64,000 nucleotides of DNA from the NCBI GenBank assembly GCA_030141605.1, contig JAQGDQ010000282.1:186001-250000 (forward strand), read 5' to 3'. Of the stretch, positions 13,901 to 37,916 are shown one piece after another. The notes under the pieces are model-generated. The model saw nothing but the letters and a program-made list of their open reading frames with translations. It made no database searches and was not told the DNA's origin. How positions within the stretch are numbered: position 1 is the first letter of the stretch; each line of letters starts with the position of its first letter. Both the position numbers and the translations under genes were made by a program. Source of the DNA: Tubiluchus corallicola. Its lineage: Eukaryota > Animalia > Priapulida.

Positions 13901-14455
13901 CTGCTGTAACATTGAAATTAGCAATTAACAAACAATTATGAGCATTTTATGCTGAGCACTATTTGCTAAGTGAAAATAAACTGAGCAGGTGAAGCATGAA
14001 TGAGTAGAATTTTTTATTTTGGGGAAACACTTTGTGCTATGCAGCAATGAAAAGTATGCAACAATTGCATTTTACAGTTTTTGTTAATCTTTTATGTTTT
14101 ACAATGTAGGGTGGTTGCACTGATGAGTGATTGTAATCAGTTCTTGTAACTATTTTGTCTCATTTTGAAAGTAATTCTAACTTTCGTTAGTTATGCAAGA
14201 TGATAAAATTGTAACCTGTTCTTAAATGCTCATTCTAAGATCTATGTTTCTAAATAAGTGCACTACATATTTTCCAATGTTTTCAAAATTAAATGAAAAC
14301 TAAACAGTTTTTTATCGTTTCAGGCTCTTATAGTGGTATGCTACCTAATATATTTCACAATTGCGAAAAAGAAGAAGGCGGCAGCGCCGCTGTGTAATTC
14401 TTCTTTCAAGTATAATTCGTACGATTCCATTAACGAACGACTGATTAAAGCATAG
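1997..14455 (+). CDS. SLC18B1: SLC18B1-like MFS vesicular (polyamine/amine) transporter, paralogue A, ~467 aa
   Basis: Exons 1997-2066, 2586-2716, [3467-3562 or 4779-4874], 5689-5762, 6264-6411, 8563-8722, 10159-10295, 11149-11247, 12001-12092, 12327-12422, 13033-13107, 13457-13550, 14324-14455(TAG). All GT-AG, frame continuous (1404 nt with one exon 3). Motifs YSLIAPFYPQE, IIANEFPERVATMFGLLETFNGLGLMLGPPIGGALY, GGFKLPF, GFPDNFETYGLLSG, GAFIGPTVAG match SLC18B1. Confidence 0.93.
2820..3404 (+). mobile_element. Kolobok-like non-autonomous DNA transposon (MITE), copy 1
   Basis: TTAA on both sides (2816-2819, 3405-3408); termini AGGGAAACTGGAT / ATCTGGTTTTCCT form imperfect TIRs; homologous inverted copy at 36081-36684. 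Confidence 0.75.
3467..3562 (+). CDS. SLC18B1: SLC18B1-A coding exon 3a (candidate mutually exclusive exon)
   Basis: caacag|...|gtaggt; 96 nt, phase 0/0, encodes ANKKSVNSSQLGLIFGAIELTIFASSPFFGRY. Confidence 0.8.
4779..4874 (+). CDS. SLC18B1: SLC18B1-A coding exon 3b (candidate mutually exclusive exon)
   Basis: ttacag|...|gtacgt; 96 nt, phase 0/0, encodes ASSKGVSSSVIGFIFGSIELTIAITSPFFGRY. Confidence 0.85.
5912..5980 (+). mobile_element. 5S rRNA-derived fragment (SINE3-like head or 5S pseudogene)
   Basis: GAAGTCAAGCAG...CTGGTTAGTAATGGAATGGGGGATTGCTGGG resembles the 5S A-box/IE/C-box segment; degenerate and lacks the 5S 5' half. Confidence 0.55.
7041..7314. repeat. Direct tandem duplication of a 137-bp unit (2 copies) in a GC-richer intronic insertion
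   Basis: Units 7041-7177 and 7178-7314 share e.g. GTATGGGAATCCTCTCAAGCAATGACTCTAATAACTCGGAGGCC. Confidence 0.9.
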
Positions 14456-17400
14456 AAAGCCAAGACTTCTCAGTTGCTACATCATTCTCGTAATCAGAAT
14501 TCGACGGTGTTTTTAATATTCAGTGGAATATTCGAGTAAAATGTTATTTATCATAAATACATTCTAGATTGTATTTATTGTTAGAATTTCATGAGGGTAA
14601 TTGTGACATTGGGCATATTGGTTAGTCATGCACATTTATTAAAGAAAGTTATTGCCTTTCTACAAAATGTGTTTTTTTAAATTAAGTTGTGACTGAAATA
14701 TTTTTTTTGAAAATTTGACATTTAAATATTGGTGTTTATTTTGTTAGCGTAGTTAGAATTTGAATGGTTCCACCATAATTCAACTGTATGTATTTCTTTT
14801 GCACTAAACTGGTGATATTACCATTACATTAGCATTGTTTGAAAGAAATGTGCACTTTGTTATTGCATAACCTTGTCAACGCATACTGTATTTTGTTTTA
14901 GGGACAATGTAGGGTATCAATTTTCCATAATGTGTGCATTGTTGTTACATTGTGATACATAAGGATTTGTGTAGTTATAGTATTACATGTAATCAAAAGA
15001 AAACTATGTATGTATGAATATGAAATATAATTTCTTTCTAGTCTGATTATGTAAATAGATTAGGACTTGCCAAATAAGGTAGATATTAAGTATTTGGTGG
15101 TATGTTATGCATTTGTTATATTTCTCATACATGAGATTTGCAAAAACTTGTCATTATTTGGGGTGCTTTTTTGTGTTAAAGCCGGATATTTTAAGCCTCA
15201 GGTATTGAGAAAAATTGTCTGTGGTGTTATATGTTTATCTAGAAGTGTATGTCATTTGTTAGAATAGTTTTTACTGATGTGAATAGAGAGGTAAACATTT
15301 ACTTTTAACTTAATTTGAAATGAACTGTATATATTAGGTATCAGGCATTTTGAATTGTTTGTGACAAAGGGCTGTAGTGTCCAGCGTTTGTTAAATTTTG
15401 TCAGTCTTTGATGTTTTACATAATTACTGATTACTATTCTTTGTATTTTTTGCTTTGTAGATCAACAATTACAGATTGACTATTGTTTACTGTGTTTTGG
15501 ATGCCAGAATCATGTAGCTAAATTGCTATGTAATTATGTAAATATTGAAGCTTGAACACGTGCGCATTAGTTACGTGTGTTTTCAAGCCAGTGCAATGCA
15601 TGAGAGCAAAATGCATTGCAAAACATTTAGCTTTTTACAGAGATTTTTCAATATATTTTATAATATTAGCTTTATTTATTGTTCGTAGACTAGATGTAAC
15701 ATTAGGGAAGGGCAAACAGGCATACACAAGAGATTTGGTTAGTTTGATGAAAAAGGATAGTAGCATGCAGTAGAAATTTTTATAGCACAACGTTCCAGCA
15801 CACTTCAGTGCACAAGTATACGTGAAGCAGTGTGATTTTGTATGATAAAAAGTCGTTTTAAAAGACTTATCAATTATAATACGTCTGCAGATCTGGTTGA
15901 ATTATATTATATTTTCTCACAGAGTTCAAGTGAATGATTATACATTTTTGACAGCTTTTCAGTTCAATTTTGTTTCTGGAAAGTACGATTAAACAGTTGT
16001 ACCATGTCAGTTTAGCACAATTACCTATAGCAAACAATTGTTCTTTTCATATTCAAAAAATGTTAGTTTACAAAAAAAATCTGAAAACGTGTAATTATGA
16101 TTATCATGCAGTGACAGTATTAATTCTGTTTATTGCAATGACTATGCATAACTTTTCTAACGTGATTTGTTATTATAATAGCAAAGTCCATTTTTAAACA
16201 GTTACAAGTATTAATGCTAGTGTACTACCTCATGATTTGATTCTATTAATTTAACATGCAACTTCTATAAATATTTAATTATAAATAAACAATATCATGT
16301 GTTTATCCTGTAAAAATGTAATGAAACAGTTACTTTAGGTAAATCCTAAAATGAGTGCTAGGTGCTGCCACATATCAATGCTTTTTTTGTGAAATCGGTT
16401 TAATGTGTGTGTGTGTGTGCGTGTAGATGGCATTCCAGGTTTTTCAGAGCAGTGTTTGCCGTATAGAAAAATTCTTATGGAGTTTATAGATGCTGCGGTA
16501 TTACTACACTTTCATCATTTCTCTGTGACCTCTTCATGTCTGTATGATTCTACTAATTACTTTTTAATTTATGTCTGCTGACATATTGTGGCACGCTGTC
16601 ATAAAGTATCACTGTTCTGTTTAGAGATTAGATAATCTACCCACTTAGATTTTATGTATCCTGAAACTTACGACAAATCTGCAAATTAAGTGGTGCAGTT
16701 TTCCAAGTTTTAAAAAGGTGTTAATAAAAGTATTTTTGGTGTATGTTTAATAATTAGTAGTACATGTATGTTGTTTATCTTTTGGGGTGATCAGCAGTGA
16801 TGAGGTAATTTGCCTCATTTACCAAGCCATGTTTATTGTATGCAATCACTCGAGGAACGTTTTAAAACTAATCAAATTTAATAAAAACAATATTTTTTGT
16901 ATCCTATTTTACACAGTTTTGGTTACTTTCTACTTACATGATGGTAGACATTCACTTTTGAGAAGTGTGACAGAAATTAGAAAAAACATAAATGTGTGGA
17001 GTGTTACAATACAAGAACCTATGAATGTGTAGCAGTACTTTTGAAGTACTTAATATAACCAAAACCACTTCTTTGCATGAATTTTTGATTTGGCTAATTA
17101 ACACACATTTGTTAATTCCCTGGTCTGATATGGTGCATGCTTTATGAATGAAATTAAACAACGCCAAATCCGCTGTGAAAATTGAGGAGTAACATTTAGG
17201 AATAGCATATTTCGGGTTATATGTGCCACATTCTTACACTACTTTTGTATATTCTGTACGTTTTCTAGGTTCCAGTCTGACCACACTGACTGGCTCTAAC
17301 CATCTGTTTGTGTTATTACTGCTGTTGAGTGCTGCGTTTTGCCTGACAGAAAACTGAACTGTATAAAGTAACCAGCTACTTTTCGTATCTGAATAACTAA

Positions 17401-17494
17401 CTACACTGTATTTTTTACAAATCTATATATTTACAAAATCTGGACGATTTTCTCACAAACATCATTCAAAATAAAAGCTAATACAAACGCAACG

Positions 17495-28352
<10,858 letters not shown>

Positions 28353-30333
28353 GGTGATGTAAACGAAGAAGAAGAAGATGGTAAAATATAGATCAAAATG
28401 TTCTGTTTTTCGTTGCTGTTCCGTGGTTCAGTACTTTAAACTTTTAAATGTCTCCATTTACAGAGAACAACCTGTTCATTAAACAAAACGCTGTAATTAT
28501 AATAAAATCTTAACAAAGTAACAATTTAAATTTTTCCCAGTTAGTTATACACAAATGTTACTTTTGTACTACAGATATTCATTTGGTCATTTTTTGCATT
28601 TTTATTCAGCGGTAAGCCTATGTGTATGAATGCACTATATTAAATGGTATTCGGGACCTTAAATTACAGCGATTAAAATTCTATTGTAACCTGTAGCAAC
28701 GTACAAGATTCTACAATGACTGGCCCACCTGAGATGCTCGGTGACAATTGGTGGGTTATCCGATGCCAAAGTTAGTGTCCTAGTTGCTTTCACCCCCCTA
28801 CCCTCCTTGTACTTGAAGCATGTCCTTGAAAAAAGGCGTAAAGTTACTGAATGTGTTGAGCTGAGGCTGAGAGGGGCCATAATGTAATATACAATAGTGA
28901 ATTTTGTGAGTTAGTGAAAGCGAAAACTGCAACACTTAAAAAAACACCAACAAAGCGTCAAGACTTACTTAAAGTACACTACTAGGAAGAAGGCTTAGAT
29001 AACTGTACCAAGTTGAATAGCCAAATAGATTCATAGGTCAATTTGAAAATCTGGGTAAGAAGTTGGGAAAACCACAAATCATGCTTCTAAAAAGACAAAG
29101 GGAAGGTAAACAGAATGAGGAGATTCAAGGCTAAAACGGCCTGATTAGAGCAGAGTGAAAAATGACTGAATTGTAGTTTGACATGCCCAAGATGCTAGCT
29201 TCTTTCACTAAAGGTAGCTAGTCTGATAACCTGGACTTACTGATTCACTGTTGCAAAAGAAAAACTTCTTATAGTCATAGCCTGTTGCAAAGCAGTTAGC
29301 AAGAGTTACGAACATGTAAAGTAGTGATAATAATGTACGCCTATATACAACAGTGCAGCTCACTTGCTTGACCAGGATTTGAGTTAGCCCCCAAAGCAAA
29401 ACCAAACTTTGTTATCAGAATGCAAGCAAATAATGGTAGAAGACTGTTTATTTAATAAGTAGTTACTTTACTGTATGTACTAAAGCACACTTTTGATCAT
29501 AGTAAACCTGCATAAACAGGTTTGAAATTTGATTAAACTTTTCCTTTATAGCCGAAATTTGTAAATCTACAGTTAAATAACTAACTGAATCCAGATTCCG
29601 AAAAAATTAGAATTCATTTAAGATTTAGGTCCATAGTAAGTTTTATTTTTAGGTAACTAATTCTAAGCCTAAAGTAATAAATTATTTAAAAAATAATTTC
29701 AATTGGTCTTTAGTGGGCTTACTAAAATTCCAGTTAAATTAATTTATTTCTTAAATTACCAATTTTGCATTTAGTACAACTAATATAAATGGTAAACTTA
29801 GTAATAAGAGAAGTTAGACTTTTTTAGTCACATTATGAGGCCATAACTGAGTTGCCCTGTAAGAAAAACATAACATTAGGGAGAAAATATTTGCACTTAC
29901 CGCTTCTTTTTGTAATAGTCAGTCCTTTCAGAACAACGCTAAATCACAGCTCTGTGCAGAGTCAAGTATAACACGATTTTCGTCACCTGAATAGGCAGTT
30001 ATGCACTATTCAGTATTGATGTAATAATCGATCGTCGAACATGCGCCGTTAACTAGTGTGGAACCCCGTCGCTGCAAAATACCTCATCGTACCGTACGTT
30101 TACGTTATTGAACGCGGAACAATAAGCTTTTGTATAGCTAATATCGATTTCGTCTGTAATTAGTTTAAATCATAGCTTTTCGAAAGTCTTATTAAGCACC
30201 CGCGCCTGAAGGAAAAGTCTTGCAATTCAGTTGGACGCAATAGTAGATACTCTTTAAGTAGGTGTGACGCATTGGCACATTATGAATAAAACAGCTATCC
30301 TAACAAAATATTTATAGCACCTCTATCAGTGTT

Positions 30334-30412
30334 GACGACGATGGCGATGATGATGATGATGACTATGATAATGGCGATGATAGTGGTAGTAGTGGCGATG
30401 ATGATGATGATG
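30334..30412. repeat. Imperfect (GAT)n microsatellite
   Basis: Directly visible. Confidence 0.85.
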
Positions 30413-32524
30413 TTGAGAACAACTTTAATAGCGGACAGTGAATATGTCGGCAGTTATGAGGACGAAAATGCAGAAGATAATGGTGTGGTGGGTGAGTTCA
30501 GTGGATAGCGATGGTGGTAAAATAAAGACAAAATACAAACAGCTTATTTATCTTTTACTCTGATAAACTCGTGACTTAGACTTAGAAATAACAGATAAGC
30601 CCACAATTTGACGTAAATTGGACGACTTGGTCTCTGACTACACAGGTTCGCGACAATCAATCTCCTCCTTAGCAGTAACCAATTAGGACGTCGACGTACT
30701 GTTCACAACCAAAAAAACCAAGACATTGAAATTACCACGTAATATATGCACATAAAATGCACTACTTAAAAATGCAAAAGAAGTTTAAACCATTCTTATT
30801 TTCTGTCAAACGAACCTCGCTGCTGACATATTTGAAAAAAGTGACGTAAGCTGGTGGACACGGGAACACGCATAGCAATGCTTCTGCAGTTCACTCAGAA
30901 ATTCCGCTGTTCTAGCTGATTAAATGATTGTGCTTAGCTGTGTTTATGTAAAAATTGGTCACCGGATCAATCCTTTCATATAGCTTTAATCCAAAGGATT
31001 ATATCCCAAAATGCGTTAGTACTACACATTATGTAATTATAGATAAGATGAAATTCTGCGAGGTTGCGAGCACATATTCGGGCCGGTAACTTAGCTTATA
31101 GAATTCAGTTTTAACTTGTTAAACTAATTATTCTGTTATCGGCGTTAATTAGCCGAGTTGGAGATTTCTATATTAATGTCGGTAACTGGTTTTCATTACA
31201 TAGTGGGCAATAAGATTCATCAAAATGATAATGCTGATTATCTTATAATCAAAATGCATATTTACTTAAATGGGCTTCTAATTGCAATCAAAGCTTAATG
31301 TATTTACGTCTGTATATATTAATGTATATACTAATGTATATATTAATGATACAAAGTTAAATATGTGATGTTACTAAGATTGTCAAAAAGTATCGCCATT
31401 AAAATTATTGCACAATAACCAAATCGGTAAATCATCCAAGAACTAAAATTTCTCATAATTTTTATAGAGAAAATTTGCATCGATTGGAGCACATCCATGC
31501 TTAGTTTGCATATGAATTATATCATTGAAAATTTTAGTACAGCAATAAAATGAATTAAATTTTGCATATCAATCAAAATTTAGATATTACAACACATGTC
31601 AACAATAGAATTTTCTTTTGCTGTATTTACAAAGGTGTCAATTACAATTAAAGATTTTATTCTTAGTATAATTATAACTGTCCGCATTAATACCACCTGC
31701 TAGGCCTAATTCTCTTCGGAAGATTTATTCTCTTTTCCTGACTTACAGAACCACAGTCGTAGTTTTTCATCCAAAGGCAAAAATAGTATTAACAATCTCT
31801 CGCTAATGCTTTGGATTGCTTGTAATTAATGATAGTAACTGCAGATTCAAAAAAAGTTTGCTGAAGCACCTTGTGGGATAAGTGTTTATACCGCACGGTA
31901 AACCGGTACATTTTTCTCAATGTTAATATAAGTTCACTTTCCCGAGAGACTTGGCTTTTCCTTTAAGGAAATTGTTTACATCAAGAAACAAAAACTCCAA
32001 CAATCAAAATTTGCTTAGCCTTGAAACTATGAAACAACCTAATGTAGCGATGCCTAATGTAACGCAAAAACATTATCAACTGATATCTATGATTACATTA
32101 ACAAGATTTTGTTTGACTAAATGTTCACGAGATGGCAGTATATTGTCGCTTCGTACTGTTATCAATGGGTTGTCCGTGTTTGGTTCATCTGTTGTCATTG
32201 ATTGTGTTATTTAAATAATCAGAAATCGCGAGTAGTATTTATTAATTTAGTTGCCCATTTGTTTTAGAGCCACTGTTTCAGTTTTTTTTTTATTTAACTA
32301 ATTTATAAGTCTTGCAGATATCACAAGCCTAATTATGTGGTTTAGTAATTTTCGAAAAACAATGATCTTGTTTTTATGTCAATGGGAAGCTTCACAGAAA
32401 CCAACATTCACTGAGTAACTTAGCGCAGCACAAGCACTTGGTGCTAACGTCACTAGATCCGTAACACGCCACAAGCGGTTGTTTTCATTATCGCTTTATA
32501 AAGGTTTGCGCGTGTCGTTCAAGC

Positions 32525-32688
32525 ATACTTACCTGGCACAGAGGTTTCCATGATCAAGAAGGTGGATCCTCCGGGGCGAGACCTTGCCATTGCACTTCGG
32601 TTGGGTTGACCCCTGCGATTCTCTCAAATCGAGGGAACTCGGGTGTATAATTTGTGGTAGTGGGGGACTGCGTTCGCGCTATCCCCTG
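32525..32688 (+). ncRNA. RNU1: U1 spliceosomal snRNA gene (164 nt)
   Basis: 5' ATACTTACCTGG; loop I GATCAAGAAG (U1-70K site); loop II ATTGCAC (U1A site); Sm site AATTTGTG; terminal stem-loop GGGGGACTGCGTTCGCGCTATCCCC. Full canonical length. Confidence 0.97.
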
Positions 32689-34677
32689 AAAAAGTAAAAA
32701 AAAAACGTGCGATGGGATTAGGTTTTAGTCATGCAATAATGCAGTAATTATTAACAATAGTTACAAGTGAGAACCCATTGAAATCAACGTTTCTTTTTAA
32801 GTTAAATCATAAGATTGGGTTCAAATGAAAGGCAAGGTAACCTGCAAACCATAAACTGAGGAAATTTACTTTGAATGCAAAGCACGCACATTCGTCACTT
32901 GATTATTGTGCTATCTTTAAACTTTACACTAAGTGTCTTGTAGCATTAGTTCGTCTTGTTCACGCGCTTGAAATTTCATAATTAAAACCCTGTTGCTAAT
33001 TATTTTGGAATTGCCAGCAAAAAAGTTTAACGTTTTTTATGAACAATGCTTGCTAGTCTATTATATTTTCTCCGCAAGATGCCTACCTCCCTGCTATTTA
33101 TTGGTTTGGGCAAAGTCTGGTATCCCAAAATCAAGTCGTGATTGTTGTTAACGGTGTTATTGGTGTTGTTATCACATTCATCATTGAAAGCTGTCGCAGG
33201 TCAATTTTTGCATGAAGATAGTACGGATTATTGTGCAAACCGTAACGAAGCCCAATTTTTTCAATTTTCCCAACAAGTGGATCATTGAGTGCTTAAATTG
33301 ATTTGCCCTACATTTTGTTACATCGTTGCATTCAATCTGCTCAACTAGCATCCTTAAACTCTTCCCATGATTTTTTTATAAACGTATTTATTTGAAATAA
33401 TTGCATTTGGCAAACTAAAAATTAATAAAATAAATGCTGGCCGGGTTGTCTCAGGCTGTAAAATGCAAGAAAAAACAACACTGCTATCACAAAATAAATA
33501 TAACTATTCCACGTGCTAATTAATAATTACAACGATCAGATGAATCAACATATTGCTGCACCAGGACAAATACGATGATGAAACTGAAATTAAAAACTGT
33601 GGGTCAAAGTTATTTACTTTATAGGTATAGTATAGATGTTTGGTATAGGTTTGTTAGTCATTCTCAAGTTTCTACAAACGACATGCAAAGGGCAATCGAG
33701 CAAAATGTTTAATATTTTCAATTTGGAAACCACAGATACAATTTTTAAAAACTACGTTTCCCATCGAATCGATACAACTGCCATCGTTTAAATATTTATT
33801 TAACGGAGGGAAACCCACCCTTGGTCTTGTATGATGAATAGAGTTAGGGAGTAAACCGTGTGAGTAATATTTGTGTTTATTAATAAAATTCAAGTGTGTT
33901 TTTAAAGAACAAAGAAAACGAACAACGATGGAGGTTTTTTGTATAAAAACGTGAAGAACATTCCAATTGACCATGGTGACAGGAAAAACGATTTATAAAA
34001 ATGCATCCTATGCACATTAAACAATACAAAGTTGTGACGAATTCGAAGATTATGTTGATGTTGAGTAGTCTCTATTAACCATAGGTAACAAATCGCGAAA
34101 ATAAGACAGTGACGTATTTACAATTTCATAAAACATTGTCAACTTATGAACTGTATGCATAATATGTCTTCTGTGAAGGCATTCAAATCTACAATAAAAA
34201 ATTATGACAAATTAGGTGTTTGTGAGCCCTTCATTGCTTTGCTATATATATAAGTTGTACGTTTCTCTAATATATCTGATAAAAAGGAAGGTACATTACG
34301 CCATACTGAATTAGCATATTACAGAGTTGCCCAGTCATTCATTTATGAAGATACTCAAGAAAAACATGTGATGCTGCACGAGAAATTTTTGTAATAAGGT
34401 CAATACTGCGCTTTTTCAATTATATAGATCACATGATGATCCAATTTTTCTTTGAACGTCAATGCCTAAATGTTAAAAAAGGGTACTTTTCAAAGCTACA
34501 TTGTTCAAATATAGAGGATAGGATTTTTGAGTAAGAAACATGACTGAGAAACACGACTCCAGTCTTACCTGGATTAAATGGTACATTCCATTCTTTAGAT
34601 CAAGTGTAAATTTTCGCGTGATCATTGTTCAAACGAGTGACCGATAAGAGTGGATCGTAAACAACACCAGGAGCGCC

Positions 34678-34930
34678 AAAAAAAGAGAATAGATCTTAAG
34701 ATTGAACCATGTGGCAGTCTGTATTAGCGTAGTTGAAATTTGACGATTCCTCATTGATTACGACTCTTTGTTGTTTTGTGATAAGTAGGATTCGAAATTT
34801 CGAAGCACATTAAAAGGTTACCTTTGATGTCATTTTGTCGTAGTTCAAATAGCAGACCTCTATGCCATACCCTGTCAAACGCTTTGGATATATCGAGGAA
34901 TACTGCTTTTACATCCATGGCCTCACAGAG
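34678..34930 (-). mobile_element. Decayed LINE reverse-transcriptase fragment (CR1/L2-group-like)
   Basis: Minus-strand translation gives VKAVFLDISKAFDRVWHRGLLFEL and, after frameshifts, LPHGSIL..ILF (degenerate PQGSILGPLLF RT motif). Confidence 0.85.
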
Positions 34931-35319
34931 TCTCTAAGTAATAAATAATAAGTGGTAAACTGTGTCATCATTAGGTTTAAATCCTGAGTTTCTAGTTGAT
35001 ATCAGATTATTATCGACGAATAAATAATAGTAAAAATGTTAATAAATATTATTTCTAATACTTTAAATAAGCAGGAATTAGTTTTCAATTGCCAATCGCC
35101 CTTTTTGAATCTGAACACACATTTGCTTTTTTTCATATTTGTGTGAAAACTGAAATGGATAAAGATTTGTTGAATAACTTATATAACGGTGCAGATAAAA
35201 AATAAGCTGTATTACGAAAAACGATGTTGCCACTACATGTATTATCAAACCCATTTGCTTTATTAATATCTAAACTAGCAAGCACGTCTTACACTTCGTT
35301 TTTGGTAATGTTTGCATTA

Positions 35320-35596
35320 TGGCGAGTTCAGACGTAGAGATTTCTCTCGCAACTTCCCTCTGAGACTGAGAGTAAAGTTGCAACGTGTGAACGGTTTGGC
35401 AACTTCTCTCGCAGCTTGTTATAGCGTGTGAACGGCTTGGCAACTTCTTTCGCAACTTATTGCAAAAGTTGCAACGTGTGAACGGCTTGGCAACTTCTTT
35501 CGCAACTTGTTGCAACGTGTGAACGGCTTGGCAACCTCTCTTAGAGAGAAGTTACGCAACAAGTTGCGAGAGATTTGTCTACGTCTAAACGCGCCA
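35320..35596. mobile_element. PIF/Harbinger-like MITE with internal ~38-45-bp tandem repeats
   Basis: TIRs TGGCGAGTTCAGACGTAGAGATTTCTCTCGCAACT / AGTTGCGAGAGATTTGTCTACGTCTAAACGCGCCA; flanks TTA/TTT; internal repeats of GCAACGTGTGAACGGCTTGGCAACTTC. Confidence 0.8.
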
Positions 35597-36080
35597 TTTG
35601 ACTGAGTTTTTAAGAAGAATGGCGTTAATTATTTGTGGTGTACAAAGTCGTCAGCTCACATAATATTGGCTTGCTCCTTATCACTAATTACATAGCCCTT
35701 TTTTTTAGAAAAAATAATATATTTCATTAATAATGTTAATTCTTTTTGCCGATAACATATTTAGTTGTTCTTAATCATTTTTACGAGTTATGTTTGGACT
35801 AAGTAGCTTTTGGGACAGGCTTTTATAATAGTTTTGTTTGCTATCAAAACAAACCTTGCTATACTCATTCTTTATTCGGTTAAAAATTGACTTAGTTAAA
35901 ACACAGGGAGAATCTTTATAATATTCTCATGCCCGACGTTTCTGTCTACGTAGTCTGATTCAACTTATGGAAACTTAACTTTACAAGAAATGAGCAAATT
36001 GACCGTGCCGAATCCAAACACATTAGTACTGCCATTCTAGTTGTGCTATTAATCAGTTTTCCAAAGGATATTAAACTTAA

Positions 36081-36684
36081 AGCAAGACCGGACCCAATCT
36101 TAAACTGTAAGTCAAAACAATCTACTCTTTATTTAAAACATTGAAAGGTAACATACTATTTTTTTTCAAATGACTTAGTGAAAGAATTATTACCACAGAA
36201 ACGTATTTTCGCCTTCGCGCCACTAGTTCTTCGATGTTACACGCATTTCGCCATTCGCTAGTTAGACAGGCACTAGCGCTAGCATTTCGGAAACGCATTA
36301 CACAAAAACAGGTACTGTACCTTTCAGTTCAGGTGTGCTAGTTTCTGACGAACTACGCACGTTCGCGAGCTCATGCGTGAGCACATTTTGAATTTTTATC
36401 TTAAAACATGCCTAGTTTTAGTACAACACACTAAATGTGTTACAGTGGCACTGTACTTCAATTTTCGTTTTCGCAAACACGTGCAACACGCTCGTAGACT
36501 ATTTTTGCTGCTGAAAATTATGTTAGTTTGTGATGTCATCAATAGTTGGGCTCGCCCACCGTTAATTAAGTTTTTAATATTATTTAATTATCAGAAACGC
36601 TTTTGCAGTATTAATCGTGTTCAAACGTATACTTTTTATCGGACCTGAAAATGAGGTAGTATATGAAAATCACCCTGTCTTCCT
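36081..36684 (-). mobile_element. Kolobok-like MITE, copy 2 (inverted relative to 2820-3404)
   Basis: TTAA flanks; both ends align with the reverse complement of the 2820-3404 ends (e.g. GTATACTTTTTA.CG.AC.T.AAAAT, CATACTATTTTTT..AAATGACTT, GTGAAAGAATT). Confidence 0.75.
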
Positions 36685-37916
36685 TTAAGCTCCTCCAGAC
36701 ATTATTTATAATTAAGAATGATTTTTCATGTCCTACCCCACCTTGAAGAACAGTACACTTTAGCACCCATAATAAACAAAGTGTTTCTGATAATTAAATA
36801 ATCAAAATAAATAAAAACTTGTTTAACCTCCGGTGAACCTAGTTAGTTATGACGTCATTACTGAACATAATGTTCAACAGCACAAACATTCCACCAGCGA
36901 GTTACACGTGATTGCGAAAGTATAATTTGAAGTACTGTACTAATGTACTGAGTTGAAGCACAAAATTGACAGTGAAATGCACGGTGTTCCGTATAGCGTT
37001 TATGTTTACACAGAAGAAGTAACCGATAATTGGCTGCGAAGTATTCTATTTGTTAGCAAAAATAAAAGGCAGAATGTTGATTAGTACATTCATGTTTCCG
37101 TCTATAATCTTTGTTTTATTGATATTTTCAGTAATTATGCAAATCCTGCTAAAAACTGATACAATGTTTTTCATTTCTTAGTTATGCGATTAAATTTCTC
37201 TACTAAAAGAAATAATTTCAAAGCGATATGCGTGATCTCAGTCCTCAAGATTGAATGACGAATAACTTAGAAAAAAACTAAAGTTATTTGTTTCTAAAAA
37301 ATAAATGTACTTTATTATGCTAAGAAACAGCATTGTCACTCAAGCAAAAATCATGACTTAAAACGAACAAAAAAATTAGTGACAAAATTAGCGAAATTAG
37401 CAATGGACATTAATCACTAATTAAGAAAAAAAGTTAAGCAGCAAATACTTAAAAATGATCAAACGTAAGAAATCCAAATATAAAAGTAAGCTTCACATTT
37501 TAAATGCACTGAAATTCACAGGATGCAAGAAAAAAGCACATAAAAATGCTAATCAAACTACCAGATCCACCACACTCACATTTGCCTGCATTAGTTTTGC
37601 GTAATGATTAGGTAGTACGGTGACTGGTTAGTTTAATATGCTAGGGTTTTTGCAAGCGGGAAGCGGTTTCGAAAGGTCTTAAACGTAGAGTACTAAACGC
37701 GCAGCGCTGCACCCTCTGGCGTGGCGCAACTTAAATAAATGTCATGATCATAGTGCGTTGAGACTTTCAACTTCAGCAGTGTTGCCGTTTCAATTCGTCT
37801 CTAAATTTTCGCTGTTATCGTGTAGTTTTAATAATTAGAGTGAACTATGTTGTAGTTTAGATTCGTTGCTTTCTGGAAAGTCACTGGGCGAGTTACTAAT
37901 TTTATCACATTTCGTT

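Noticed and set aside
32525-32688. Functional link between the U1 gene and the nearby donor-like arrays or alternative exons
   Set aside because: U1 acts in trans and its 5' end here is canonical; proximity is most likely coincidental.
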